Shown piece by piece: positions 1 through 18,399 of a stretch of 64,000 nucleotides of DNA (the stretch's first letter is position 1; each line of letters opens with the position of its first letter). The position numbers and the translations under genes were made by a program. Below the pieces are notes generated by a model. That model was not told the DNA's origin. It did not search any database and saw only the letters and a program-made list of their open reading frames with translations. The DNA lies in NCBI RefSeq assembly GCF_009914755.1, contig NC_060942.1. One strand, written 5' to 3'. The stretch comes from the human T2T-CHM13v2.0 reference genome, Homo sapiens.

Positions 1-7
1 TCTCTCA

Positions 8-9
<2 letters not shown>

Positions 10-66
<57 letters not shown>
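10..66. repeat. (TA)n microsatellite
   Basis: Uninterrupted TA dinucleotide run of about 57 bp. Confidence 0.97.
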
Positions 67-67
<1 letters not shown>

Positions 68-70
<3 letters not shown>

Positions 71-917
71 CTTCAGGAGATACTCCAGAAGAAAGCATTG
101 TTGTCATAGGAGATGACAGCCCCAGTTCTGTTATTGCCCTTGAAGACTTGTCAGTGGGACACGATGTGGTGGTGGAAGAAAGTAATATTGACGATTCTGA
201 CCCTGTATAAACCTAGGCTAATGTGTGTATTCTTGTCTTAGATTTTAACAAAAAAAAAAAGTTTAAGAAAAAAGAAAAAAATTTTAAAAAAGAAAAAGCT
301 TATACATTCAGAATATAATTTTTTTGTATAGTTGTACAATGTGTTTGTATTTCAAGCTAAGTGTTATTAGCAAACAGTAAAAAAGTTAAAAAATAAACAT
401 TGATTAAAAAGTAACGGTAAGCTTACGTTAATATAGTATTGAAATAATAAAAATATTCTTAACTAAATTTAGTGTAGCCTAAATGTACAGGGCTTATAAA
501 GCCTATGGTAGTGTCCAGTTATGTCCTAGACCATCACATTTACTCACCACTCACTGACTGATTCACCCAGGCCAGCTTCCAAACCTGCAAGCTCCATTCA
601 TGGTAAGTTCCCTGTACAGGTGTGCCAAAAAACAAACAAAAAAAGCTTGATACTGTATTTCCGCTATATGTTGCCTATGTTGGGGTATGTGTACATGTAC
701 AGATACTTATAATTGTGTTATAATTGCCTACAATATTCATTATAGTAACATGCTGTATAGGCTTGTAGCCTAGGAGCAATAGCTATATCATACAGCCTGG
801 ATATGTGGTAGGTTATACCATCTAGGTTTGTGTAAGTACACTCTAGGATGTTTGCACAACAGCGAAATTTCTTAATGCATTTCTCAGAATTTATCCTTGT
901 TAGGTGATGCATGACTA
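68..917 (+). mobile_element. Tigger3/Golem-family (TcMar-Tigger) DNA transposon remnant, 3' portion
   Basis: Ends in a Tigger3-type terminal inverted repeat (...TTCTCAGAATTTATCCTTGTTAGGTGATGCATGACT, then TA-rich sequence). The internal sequence resembles the recalled Tigger3b/MER7 consensus. Confidence 0.75.
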
Positions 918-1224
918 TATGTGGTTACATCATGTAGACATTTTTGTATAGAATTAAGATGCATAAATTTCAGACTTCAAATGTGATTCATCCATTGTGT
1001 GACACTGCTTCTCAAATTGGTGATTAACTGCCTATGTGATCACCTGCAAACAAAAGGTTTGAAGGTATCAATTCTAGTTTTAGTTCTGCTGCTACCTTTG
1101 GTCTTGTTTTCTAATATTGTGATCCTCAAGATCCTTCATTAAAAATATGCACAGTGATATTCTCTTCCATTTATTCCTGTTGTCCTATTTACCATAACTA
1201 ATGGGGGTGATAACTATTTACTTT

Positions 1225-1572
1225 TGCTGTGGACTGAATGTATATGTTCTTACTAAATTCATATGTTGAGATCCTAACCCCCAATATGATGATATTAGGA
1301 GACGAGGATTTTGGGGAGGTGATTAGATTCTACCCTTATAAATGGAATTGATTGCTTTAAAAGGAGACTCCTGAGAGCTTTCTCACTCTTTTTGCCATGT
1401 GCAAACATAATGAGAGAATCACTTATGAACCAGGAACCAGGCCCTCACCAGACACTGAATCAGCCAGCGCCTTGATTCCGGCCTCCCCAGCTTTCAGAAC
1501 TGTGAGAAATAAATGTTTGTTGTTTAAACCACCTATTCTATATTTTTATTATAGCAGCCCAATTGGACTCAG
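1225..1572 (+). mobile_element. MLT1A/MLT1A0 MaLR solo LTR
   Basis: Starts TGCTGTGGACTGAATG, contains the AAATTCATATGTTGAGATCCTAACCCCCAAT motif, has AATAAA near 1508 and a TTATAGCAGCCC end motif. Confidence 0.8.
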
Positions 1573-3759
1573 ATGAATTGCATTGGTTAAAATTGAGGCA
1601 GTATGCAAATAGTTTTGCCAACAGTATCTGACTTACTCTTTATAACATTAGTTTGAGGAGTTATTCATTTTATAGATAGGAATCTGATATATTACTTATT
1701 TTTGTGGCATAATTCTGAGAAGTAGAGTCAGGATTCGAAGTAAGATTTGTCTGAATAATGTAACTAGATTCTTACTTGTAGGTTCCCTCTGCCCTGTTAC
1801 ATCATTCCTAGAAAAATGAGAGTTCAGAAAGAGAAAAAAGTTTTGGAATATTCTGGAAGGCCTATAGAGAAGTAGAAATTAAATAGTGCCTCAATGGTAA
1901 GCTGTTTCATTAACCACGGAGAAAAACAAGGTGAATTTGAGTAATGGCTTATTCTCAGGAACAAGTCCTAACCTGTAAAAGAACAGATTTTAAAAGGGTC
2001 CGGAATAGAGAGAAAAAGCATAAAGCAACATAATTTTAAAATGTTTAATGTCAACTTTGGACCATACTTTTTTCTTTTCCTCTTCTCCTCCCCTATTCAA
2101 AACACTTGCAACAAGGAATCCTGCAGTATCTTCCCTATCTAAGATTTCATGCACATTAGAAATTACAGCAGAAGTTTGTGCAATATTTACAGAATGAGGA
2201 GGTAATACTGAAATCCAGAGGAAAAAAAATAAAGAGAATGCTGAATAGAAATCAAATCTTGGGAATCATGCAGTCTAATCTTGCTCAGAGAATGTTAACT
2301 TTATGATCTGCAAGGTTTCATCAGAAGAGAAAACTAAAAATAGAAAGTGTGGGATAAGTGAGTGGGATATATAGTTTTAAAAAAAAGAAAGAAAGAAAAC
2401 TACTCACAGCTTAAAGGTTTAGAAAACTCTCTCTGCCACAGGTCTGAAAGAATAAATTACATCAAGAGCTGTTTTACTGTTTTCTTTATTTTGGGGGAGT
2501 GCAATGCGGATTGATTTGGAGTGACCTGTATTTAAAAGCCTTGACATTCTTGGAAACTGAACAGTTCTATTGCAGTGTGCACAGTGACATCGCTCTTCTC
2601 CTCCTCCTCCTCCTTGCCACAGCACAAAGCAGTAACTTTTATACAATCTGACTTCTCAACTCCTGTCTTCTTATTTTCTCAACACAACAGGGCAGCCATC
2701 TATCCTGTTCTTGCTCCATATGACCTTCCGGGGATCTCTGGGTTTCGTTTTTCTGGCTTCATTTTTTCTCTACTTTGAGAGTTTAAATGTATGGAGGTGG
2801 AGCTGGGAAAGCAGAAACCGAGGCTGAAAAGGGAAACATAAATTCTGCAGTACCACCAATTGTTCATTAGTGATATTCATGCCTATAACATGATCCAGTA
2901 GGAACACAGCTAGCACAATTCCAAAGTACACAATGCAGTATTTGTTGAAATACGCACACATATACGTAGAGTCCTCACATTGAAAAACTTTGTTCAATTC
3001 AGATGTAAGCAACATTCCCTTGGATTGTGAAAAGCCAGTTGTTGAAGTCGAAGAACATGGAATAACAAGAATGTTTACCAGAAGAAGGAGAAGAAAAAAG
3101 GAGAGAGAGAGGATTAAATGCTCACTTAGATGCCCACTCCACATCTGAGGTAAGGACTACCCAAAAGAACTCTGGCAGAGTTAAGTCAAATCGTGACTGA
3201 ATAATATGTATTAGGCACTGCTTCCTGAAGTCCTAGAAAGCTCTCTTCAGATAGAACGCCACGTTCTCATTCCACTCAGTTAATGGCCTTCCCTCATATT
3301 TCAGGAAGAAAATATGATTTTTTCCTAAATTACAGTCATATGGTCTCGTGGACAAATCTATTCTACTCTTATCTGCATCCTTCTCTCTCTCTCTCTCTCT
3401 GCTGTTATATTCAAGGAAGTGCCACTCCTCCAAATACCACTCTCACTTTATGTCCTAGATCTAAATCTCACAAACATTTTTACTCCTCTGAAAAATAACA
3501 GATTTTCAGAAGAAATCTTTTCTTTATCCTGTGTTTCTCTCTACCAGATTATTCATACAAAATTTTCCAGCCCCATGATGTCCAACATGGTGGCCCCAAA
3601 ATACATGGGGCTATTTAGAACTTGAAATGTGGCTAGTTCGAACTGACATAAACTGAACTGTAAAATACACGACGAATCAAAGACTTAGTGACAAATAAAG
3701 TAAAATATCTGATTAATAATTTTTTTATTTTGACACATTTTTAAATGATAACATTTTGA

Positions 3760-4132
<373 letters not shown>

Positions 4133-4619
4133 AATAAAATATATTTAAAAAATCAATTTTAGTGGTTTCTATTGCTTTTCAAATGTGCCTATTAAGGCAT
4201 TTAAGTGTACATATGCCTTTTTTTATTGGTTTATCTTTTTGATTGCTTTTTATTGGCCTTTAATTTAATCATCCTTTAAAAGCTTCCTGAGAACACTTGA
4301 AAAATTTTCTGATTCCTTGTATGTCTAGCCATGTCCTCATGTGTTGACTATTTGTCCTAGGTTCTATTTCTCTGGCTATCTAAAATACTTCTCCAAGAGA
4401 TAGACCCTGTTCCTTCTGCATGCTGAGAAAGGTCTGTATCCTATAGACTTTCAAAGTTAACTATTTAGGCAATAACTCCTCATGCTCCTCATGTAATTTG
4501 AGACAACTCTACTGTATCCAGTTTCTTAATGGACATGTTTACTTGAAGGATATTTCATAGACATTTTAAAACTAGAATTATTGATACACACATGAGCCCA
4601 CATATGTAAACACACAGAT

Positions 4620-5500
4620 TTGTTTGTCCCTGTGTCTTCTCATACTAAATGATGCTATGAAACATGAAGTTGTTCAGATCTGAAAAGTAAGATTTTTCCT
4701 TGATTCCTTTCTATAGAAAATATAACTGAAAGCTCTAATTTTTCTGCCTCCAAACTATATATATTTCCAATCTGACCGTTTATCTCCATTTCTAGAGCAA
4801 TCAGTTTTGTCCAGGTAACGATGCCCAGGACTGCTTTCTAACTGGACTTCCTGTTTTTGCTTTTGCTGCTCTTCAATCTATTCCCTACAGCCAGGAGAGA
4901 AAGTAGATGATCGACCTTATAGTCTAATATTAAAAATCTTCAGCTTCACTTAGATTAAGCACAAACTCCTAAATGTGACTTATATGACTTTTCATGATAT
5001 GGCAACATCCAGCCTCTGCAATCTTTGCTCTTATCACTTCCCACCTTGCAAACTCTGCTCTAATCCCTCCTGGAAATCAATCACTCTAGCCCCTGCTCAA
5101 AGCCACCAAGCTCTTTCCTGCTTCTGCATTTCTACCTCTGCTGTACTCTAGGCTCTGCCCTAAACCTTTGCATGACTAGGTGTTTTACAATTTCAAGACT
5201 TCGCTTCGATGTCCCCTACTCAAAGAGGTCTTCCTTAGCTCACTGCACAGCCTAACATAGCTCAAGCTACTGAAACATTATTTCTTTACTTCCTACCACA
5301 GAGCTCTGTTTTTTTTCTTTATAGTAGTTCTCACAAATAACTTCTTTATTTATACTTACTTATTCATTGTATGACATCTTTCCCATAATGTTAGAGCTGA
5401 AATGGCAAAGATCATATTGTCTTGTAGACCACTGTCTTCTGATCCATACAGAAAGCTTGATACGTGAAAAGTGTTCAATAAACATGGACTGAATAAATAA
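4620..5500 (+). mobile_element. L2 LINE 3' remnant
   Basis: Degenerate L2 3' motifs, ending in GTGTTCAATAAACATGGACTGAATAAATAAA. Confidence 0.55.
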
Positions 5501-6789
5501 AATTAATGTCTATGGGCTTCCAGGAACCTATTTATCATATAAATTCATATTTTATAATTATTGGTGAAACATGTTAGATGACATCATATTTTGAAGCTTC
5601 TTTTGAATAGTAGGAAAACCAAAGGAGACACTGATTGCTTGCATTTATCATGAGTATGTTCATGAAGTAGGGAAGGCCTGGACAAAGGGGTAAGTAGATA
5701 TGTTTAGAGCATCGAGTATTTTTATAAATGTAGAAACAGGTTTTTCAATAATAAAACCACAAATTCACTGTCATTAGCAATTATTATTAAGACTTCAGGG
5801 CATCATGTGAGAGACATGGAGGAAACTGGGTATGTAATTTAATCTATCCCTATATCACTGTAGAAGCCACTCATAATATGATTGTCAGTCATTTATTTTT
5901 GTACTTGTTATCCAGCCATGAACACACATACAAACATTCACTCACAGAAACAATGAAAATAGCATGAAAGAGGATTTTGAATAAGAAAATGTAATGCTTG
6001 TTATTCAAGCACTCTTTAAAGATTCAATATAAAGAAATAAATAACCAACTTGAAGGATTTGGCTAGACAAGAGTAAAAGAGGAGGAAAATTGGTCTTTGG
6101 TGGTGTGTGGAAGCTATATGTCATAGCTTCAACTCATATCAAAGACAAGAAAGTAATTAATAAAGGATGTGTTGTAGAAATAAGATTGAATGTGTGCTCA
6201 ACTTAAATAAATGTCAGTTTTGCTTGATGACACTGTCCATTGAGAAACAGAAATTGGAAATTGGTAATCCTATATTATAAATCTCATGGAATATCTCTAT
6301 TTTTATATAAAATTTCAACCAGCAAGTTTTATTCAGAAGTTGAACTTTCCTGTAGCTAATCTAAGGGAATCACTGATTTCAATGAATTGCTAAAGTGTTA
6401 GTGCAGCTATTGTTAAAAATGTGTAAAATGTCTTTGAACTATAGAATTCGCTGTTTGAGTCTAATTCTAAGCTCCTTTAAAAATGTTCTTTCTTTCCTCT
6501 AAGTTGAAACTTGAATGGAGGTGGGTGGAGAAAGGCATGTCAGGTATTAGGATTCTGATTTTGCAAATTTCTCTAAGAATTGTGATTTGGTTGTTCAGAA
6601 AAATCAGCACAAATGAGGCAATTTCTTTAAAATAAAAGTTATATGGGTGCAATTTGCATTTCATTAATCTGGTCTTTAAAAGTTACCTTCCCCCCTCTTT
6701 CCAAACTGTCATATCACACCATCATGTTATAAAAATATTATCTCTTATTAAGTATTGCAGAACTTCATAGTTAGAAGAGGAAATAGAGT

Positions 6790-6900
6790 TACTTTCATCA
6801 AACATTCTCATTTTGCAAATGTGAATATAGAGGCTAGAGAGCTTAAATGGGTTGCAAAGACTCAGCTCACTCAGTGTTAGTGCCAAGCCTAATCTGCAGT
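6790..6900 (-). mobile_element. MIR SINE core fragment
   Basis: ATTCTCATTTTGCAAATGTGAATATAGAGGCTAGAGAGCTTAAATGG resembles the MIR core. Confidence 0.6.
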
Positions 6901-7706
6901 TATATCTGGGAGTGACCTCACAAACCATAAAGGAGTCCAGTGGAATAGGTGTAGGACAATAGGGAGTGTTGGATTCAATGGAAATTGCATGCCCATATTT
7001 GTGAACTGACCATGTAAACAAATATATTATGTCTTCAGGAAGTTTGGTGCACAACTTTGAGTCCTGTGAACATGATATACCATATGGACTCTCTACATTA
7101 GCTCCTTTGGCATCTATGCTAAAAAATGATCAGACGATGTCTTTCATTCAATGACTGCCAAATTGTTGATTTATATTTCTTTGGTGCCAACTTATTTTAG
7201 CTCAGAGAAAGTATACCTTTATAACATGAACTAAAGCGAGAAGCTTAAGGATATTAGTGAACAGACACTTTCCTTTGGAAACTTCTAGGAACTTACTTTG
7301 TTTGCAGCAAAGATTTTTTTTATTATACGCTTTATTATCATTTAAAGAAAAATGATAATTAAAATTGAGTTAATCTTATATGTTACTCAACAGCCAGAAT
7401 AATTTTTGTAAATACTGTTTTTCAAAATATTCTCAAGTTTAACATGTTTTCTGTCTCTTCCCTAAGACTTGCCTGCCTGTCTTTTTGGGCTATCAATAAT
7501 TTCTCTCTACCTAAGAAAGCAATTTTTATTGCTCCTCATTAACAGGTCTCCACTTCAGTCTGATCGATCTCTTTCTTGCATGCTCCCCTCAATAGGTTTA
7601 TTATCAATCTTGAGCCATAATTTCAATGTTTCCTCCAGCTTAGAGAACTACCTGGGGTATCCCATCAAAGACAGCTTCTTCAAGAAGGCTTATTCCAAGA
7701 CCTGTC

Positions 7707-8060
7707 CTATTTTAGTCTGTTCAGGCTTCTATAACAAAATACTATAAATTGGATAGCTTATAAATTTATTTTTCATAGTTCTTATGGCTGGGAAGTCCAA
7801 GATCAAGACAGATTCAATGTCTGGTGAAGGCCTGCTTTCTGACTTAATAAACAATGTCTTCTTGCTGTGTTCTCACACAGTGAAAGGGGTTAGTGAGGTC
7901 TCTTTTGAGTATCTTTTGTAAGGCTACTGTCCAATTCCTGAGAGCTCCACCCTCATGACCTAATAAACTCCCAAATTCCCTGCCTCCTAATACCATCACT
8001 TCGAGGGTTAGGATCTCATCATATGAAATTTGGGGGGACACGAACATTCAGAACATGACA
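7707..8060 (-). mobile_element. MLT1A-family MaLR solo LTR
   Basis: TTAGTCTGTTCAGGCTTCTATAACAAAATAC...GCTGGGAAGTCCAAGATCAAG...GGGGGACACGAACATTCAG. Confidence 0.8.
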
Positions 8061-9749
8061 CATTCTTTGTGAAACCTGCAGGTACTCTCTGGAGTATGCA
8101 TCCTCATGCTAGCTTCTGCAGAATGGCCTTTTCACCCATCTATATCACAGTGTTTAGAACTCCTCTTGTTTTCATTTTTTGGAAAAATTATTGAAGACAG
8201 AATACATGTCTTCTGTTCTCTGTGTATTTTCCATATTGCCTCATCTATTTATTCACACTTGGTCAAGTTTCAACAAAGAAAACTAATCAATCTTACAAAA
8301 AAAAAAACTTAGAGCACAAAGACATTCAAAAGGGAAACACATAGAACGTCATTCTTTTTGCAGCTTGGAAAGAAGCAAAGGCCATATAGATGAGGTAACT
8401 GGCTCAAGCTGACACGACTGGATGTACAATTGGAATTAGAAACAAGTCTCCTGAACAGCAGGCCAACACTCATTTCACTATCTACTACCACACTCACAAT
8501 ACTCAGAGATCATTAAGAGGAGAAGAAAGAGTAACATGTCTTTAAGAGTTGATGTACATTTCTGTCTGGATACAAGACACCCAGGCTAGACATCCAGAAT
8601 GTCAGCTCTTAGCTAGTTCAAAACAATACCACCTGAAACAAAGCAACAGGAGGCGAAGAAAGCTGTCAAGTCCCAATTTGCAGTTTCTAGCAAAGATCAC
8701 AGGAAAAAATAGACTCCAGATTCAACTTGTCTTTATTTCAACTCCTCAAGGGCTCAGCACCAGCTAACTGCTGGAATTCTACACAAGCCTGTTGACCAGC
8801 TTTATGCTTGCTTCTCCTCCTGCCTGGTTACCCAATTAGTTCCTTGTTAACCACACACCTGCAGTGTCTTTTCCCTCAGGCTCTGCTCCTCCCTGTGTAG
8901 CTTTTAACCCCTTCTGTACACATTGTTTAAAACACTATTAAGGTGCCCCCATGGATGCCTGACAGAATTGTTGGTGCCCTCTTGGTTGCCAAAGTAATTA
9001 GCTTACAGGGACATCTCATCTAATATAACCGCAAAATCCGAAAAAGATCAAACTTCCCTGCCTGTGCAAGCTGCTGGGGCACCAGGAATGCAAACGCTGT
9101 TCGTCCAGGTAATGAGGTAACATGACAACACAGAGAATGTCAGAAGGAAGATATCCAGAAATTTTAGTCTGAGGGAAGACAAGAAAAACAATTGTCTTAT
9201 CAAATCTTTCTGAGCCCCAGAAAGAAAATCCCCTGGGAAGCCAAAAGGAGAATGATGAGTCAAGGAAAAACATCTTGGTGTTAGGCTGAAGACTTTTTCA
9301 CAGCTGCTCATGCCTCGGTGAATTCCCAAAGCTTGGAAAGGACATATGCTTTCAGGAGGAATGTGTTAGATTGTGCACCGAGAAAGCTAAAGGAACTGAT
9401 AGTAAGGAGGATAGGCTCTTTTAAGAGTACCAATTGGTCATAAAACCATGTGTCTGCTCACAGACAAACTCCTAATTTAAAAAACAGAACTAATTAGCAT
9501 TAGCCCTCTTTATTCGGGTCTTCTAAAAAGTAAAATGACTCTAGATAACCTCCATTAGTGACACATTCTATGATCTGAAAATCTTCACCCATAAGAAATA
9601 CATATCTTTCCATCTTCATTATTAAAGCAGAAAAACAGATTAAAACTGTAAAAGGCAAAACAATCAGATTTTTAAAAAATTACAGTCTAATAAAGGCAGA
9701 GAAATTAAAAGAGGAAGCGTGGTTATTTTAAATAAGAAAATATTGCATA

Positions 9750-11205
9750 TATAATTTCAGAGTCATGTAGCCATTATAAAATAATTGGGAGAATGGAACA
9801 GTGAAGTGCTAGAAATGCAAAAGTCTCATATCAGTTGTCCAAAAGGAGAGAAAGGTAGATTCTGAAAATTATAGCTCAAGGACCTGACTTTGATAACTAC
9901 TAGAATTGTCTAGGTGATTACTAAATAATCTATTTGTCCATATTCAAAAAAGGAAAAACTGGTAATGGAAACAAAGTGTTTTCACCAAATGTGTTTTCAC
10001 CAAAAAACAAATAATAACATGTTAAACTCATCTTCTGTTCCTGTTTCTGATACTGTTTTCAGAATGGAAATGCAAAAAGTTTCAGTAACAATACTTCTAG
10101 AGATCAGCAAAGTTTTTCTAATTCAATATGTCTGAAGAAAATGAAAGAAAATATGTTGACATTTTAAATAAAGTCAAGGTTAGTTGGACTATGTTTCTTA
10201 AAGGATGAATGTCAATCCAAAGAGATGTCTCAGGGCTGTGTTTCTTCTTTGCACACATATGTGTCATGTGCCTGCCATGTTGCTAGAGTTTGGAAAAACA
10301 GCAGTAAGCAACATCTAGACTGGCATAGACCCCTCCTGCTTCCATCGAGATTATATAAATTTGATTTATTTTTTTTAAAAGTAGATGTAGAAATAGAAGT
10401 TTATATCATGTCCTTAGTTTTTTTACAAAGCCAGATGAATAGCTAAATCATTAGTCAGAGACTTTTGGTAGAAAAAGTTTAGGCTAGAATGATGCATCAC
10501 AGGTGAGAACCAAGATAGTTAATAAGGATAAATGTAAATTTGGATACATATTTTAAAGCTTAAATCAAGAGATATTTCTTACAGTCTTGAAATTATGGGT
10601 GACTCCAAGATCTGAGGAGGCTAGAAAGTAATTTAACTTTCAAAATAGCCAATTAAATCCTAAATAGTAAAAATAAAGGCAAAATCTAGTGTTCAAAACA
10701 AGGTAGGATTAGCTAAATTGTTTAGAAGAATTTAGAAATTTTCATTATATTTGGGGCCCTACAATTTTTAAAGAAAATAACAAGTCAAAATAAATTCAGG
10801 ATAGGTAAAGCAGGGTAGTAAAATATTTCAAAATTCTGTAATATGAGAACTAGTCAAATAATTTGGAACATTTAGGTTAGAAAACTAAATTGTAGTGAAC
10901 TCTTGTTCACTACAAGAATGATTTCATTGTTTTGAATAGGTCCTCAGTACAAAACTAGGATTAAGTGATGGAAATTCCAAAGACACAAATGTATGTCTAA
11001 TAACTATATATATATATATATATATTCACCAAACACATAAGAAGGCATGATGTTTAATATAGAGGATACTAAAATGACCAAGTATACTTTGAATAGCAAG
11101 CTGTCAGGAATATTTTTTTAAAAAGACTTCTCAATTAAGTAGAATTTTTGCCTAAGTGATATCTAAGATCCCTTCTAATTTTCTAAATCTGAATTTATGA
11201 GATTG
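9750..11205 (+). mobile_element. L3/CR1 LINE relic (degenerate RT region and 3' end)
   Basis: Degenerate RT-motif sequence in CR1 order (KKG..D..NY-like at about 9840-9875, GFTK-like at about 9990, SKA/V-F-like at about 10105, SQG-like at about 10228). CR1/MIR3-type 3' end AAGATCCCTTCTAATTTTCTAAATCTG. Confidence 0.55.
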
Positions 11206-12424
11206 TAAAGGAGATATTTTCTTCTGCACATTTGACTTGAGATGAATGCTTTCTCCTGAATTACTATTCTATAACCACCAGATATGAACAGTTATTAAGT
11301 AGAAATGGTTTCTCCAATGTCTTTTGCCTTGATCTATGGATGTTATCATCATAGAGCTCAAATTCAATAACAAGTAAGCCTAGCATCTCAATCAAGCCAC
11401 ATTTTACCTCTTTTACTGTACTTTGCTAAACTAAATATATTAACTTTTTCCTCATGTTATGAATCTTGGTACAGATTTTTTCTAAAATAAGAAAAATCAT
11501 TTCTTTCTAGTCACATTTCAGTTTTTTGGTCAATTAAGTTTGCAATTTCTTTTATTCTTCATTTTATGTTATACTCAGAATAATTCTAAAGATGTCATGT
11601 TTTATTAGATACTAGGGTAGCCAAGGATGTCATGACACTAACTAATTCTCAGCTTTGCTGATGTCCAAATTCCAAAGCGTCTCTGAATTAGTTTCTCTGG
11701 AGACTGGCTTTGTGTTTCCTTTTGCAAGATGGGAACGTCTGTCTTTAACTATGCTGGGTGGTGGAAGAGATCCTTCTGGCCTGCTCCACTCCCTATAGAA
11801 GTTACCTAGTTCCCTTTAATGTACGAGTTTCTCCAGGCTTATGAAGTACAAATATGCTTGCTTTAATTTTTTTTTTCAATAGGATCTCAAGTTTCTTTTT
11901 ACTCCTCCTCTGCTGAGTCAAATACCACTCGTCACTCTGTTTTTTATTTTCCACATTTTGCTGACATCACTTATCTGGAGTAATTTCCCATATTGTTCTT
12001 ATTTTCCTCATAAGTTTATACCTTTTTAAAATTATCGTTGTGTAGTTTTAGAAAGAAACAGATAAAAACATTTGATCTGACAGGTTAAAACAAAAGTCTC
12101 ATTTTGTTTTCATTTTATTTTTGATTTGTTGTTATTGTTCATTCAACCACATAGTGCCACATATTTAAATACCTATTTTAGTTTAAAACTTTTTAACACT
12201 AAAACCAAGGAAATGACAGAAAAATAGATCAAAATTTAGTGTCTCTCCATTCAGGAGAAATTATATGTGAAAATATTTCCTCTTTTCTATCTTTTAATAT
12301 TTTCTGCATGTAACAAATGTACTATTTTCATAAGAAAATCTAATTGAAATAATCAAAATAATTTTATTCCACTTTCTTTCTTCTTGTGCATTATAAAATT
12401 AATTTAAATAAAATATTCTAAAGA

Positions 12425-16220
<3,796 letters not shown>

Positions 16221-17764
16221 GGAAAATATTTTTAAAAACCTAATAAAATTAATTGTCATTGTTTTTATATAAAAAAAACAGAGTACACTTTTACATTAAA
16301 AGTGTTAAGAAAAATTTCTTATCAAATAAAACAGTGTGAGTCTTATGCAGTGAAAATATATTGGGAATAAGGTATTGAAACAATATAAATTAAAGTGATT
16401 AAAATCTAGTATTGGGTGCCATGAGGTTTATTTCTTTTAAGGGAATTTGTTATAAGCTTTAGTGCTAAGATATTGCCTTCAAGGTATGGAGGTATGAAGT
16501 TAAGGCCTGGCAAGCTCTGCTACGATGACTTGGACTGGAAAGAGTTAAGATTCACACCCTAACTTCTAGATTTTGGTGTGAGGGTGCCCCTTGACGGTTG
16601 TGAACACCATGCTCCACATGTGTTTAAATGTTCATCATAATAGTCCCTGGGTTTGTCCTTGGTGGGGGCTGGAGGCAGTGGGATCCCAGGGGAGGATTAT
16701 TGTTAGCAATGTCATTTAAAAACAGAGTAAACAAATAACAACAAATTCACTATAGGGAATGCACTGCCTTGAGCTTTGAGATAGGGGGATTCAAATGGGA
16801 TTTTCAAAATTATATTGCTGGTTTTGCTAACAAAACAGATGTGGGTTAAAAAAAAATGTATAAGTTGCTGAATATGGTTCCCTAAAGCTGCTTCCCCTGC
16901 CCACCACACTCACCAAAAATGAGTAGCTTAATACACAGAACGGATTTTTATGACATTTTTACGATTTTTTGCCAGTTCAAGTGCATTTCATCTTCTTTGA
17001 TCACATTTTGTTTGACTTTATCTCATTACAGACCCCTTAGATTTTCCTTGAGCTTAGGTCATTAACCCTTTGGATATACATTTTTAGTATGCCCTAGCAA
17101 TATTTAATAAATTTAAACAGGTAATTTGAATTTCTGTGACTAAATTTATCTCTCACTATACATATATATAGTTACGTCCTATATAGACTTAAACTTTCTC
17201 TTTTCCCAACTTCCATTAAGCGACTGATACTTCATTAAGCAGTTTTCCAAGACCATTTGTTGATTTTTAAAATCCTGTTTATAAAACAAATTCATACTTA
17301 CAGTAGAGAATTTAGAAAATGCAGCTAATTACATATAAATAAAAACTATATAATCTTTCCACTTTCAAAAAGTCACTGTTACTATATTCAGTAATTAAGT
17401 GATCTTATTTTCCCCATATGTAGACAACTTATTATTGCTGTTGTTCTAAAAATTTAGACTGCCATCCTATGAAATTTCATATCTTGATTTTTAAAAATAT
17501 ATATACGGTCCTTTATTAAAAAAAGTATTTTCCAATATATTAAGGGCTATCATTTAACCTCATGTTTGAACAGCATAATTTTAATGTAAATATTTAATTA
17601 TTCTTTATGTAGATGATTCATAACGTACTTAATTATCTTCCAATTTCTGAGCATTTAGATTATTTATTTTTTCACCGTGTTCGTGTTTAGGTTGATATGT
17701 TTGCATGAGTTTTTATAGAGAGATGGAGACAGCGAGGCAGACAGAGACAGAGACACGGAAAGAA

Positions 17765-18288
17765 CTCAAACAAAATATCATGGAAATAAATGAAGAGCAA
17801 CCAAATGTTATTTATTCAGAGCTTGCTATAGCAAGAGAGTCAGTCATTGTTACTTGTGTTTTGGCAGAAATTGAAAGGCAGGCGGAGGATTGGTAAAGCT
17901 TTATAGCGAACAAAAGGGAAGCTTCAGTTCTGCTCTAACAGAGATGCTTAGTATGGGGAAGCTGTAGGTTGGCTAAGTAGAAGCAGCACATGCTATGTCA
18001 CTGGTTAGGGGGTACATATCTGGCTTTCTCTGACTGGTCCTAAGTTGGAAGTGGAGATAAAAAATTAGGAAAGCAGTTCGTTATTAAACAAGTCCTGGCC
18101 ATTTCGGAGTGATGGTTAAAAAAGTTATTGTTTGGCTTACTGGATTGGTACTGAAATAGCAGCATGATTTCCTACAATCGTGGCTTCCTGGTTGGTTATT
18201 GTAGATAAGGGGTTCCTGCAGGTTTTGGGTCAGAGTTCTACTTTTACATATGATCAAGCTATTCTCTGTTTGGATATTCAGTCTCTCA
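17765..18288 (-). mobile_element. ERVL-type solo LTR (MER73/MER54/MER74-like)
   Basis: Minus strand starts TGAGAGACTGAAT and contains GAACTCTGACCC...AACCAGGAAGCC motifs, with minus-strand AATAAA near 17810-17816. The family assignment is uncertain. Confidence 0.5.
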
Positions 18289-18399
18289 ATATACACAATC
18301 TTTTATAATACTTTTAACAGACATGGTATATTTACATAAATTGCCTATATCCTGGTCCAATGTAAAAGTCTCAATACTTTTTAATTGATATTACACAGA

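Noticed and set aside
2770-3144. 124-aa ORF with a signal-peptide-like hydrophobic N-terminus
   Set aside because: The hydrophobicity comes from a CT-rich tract, and I recognise no domain or family. It cannot be supported without conservation or expression data.
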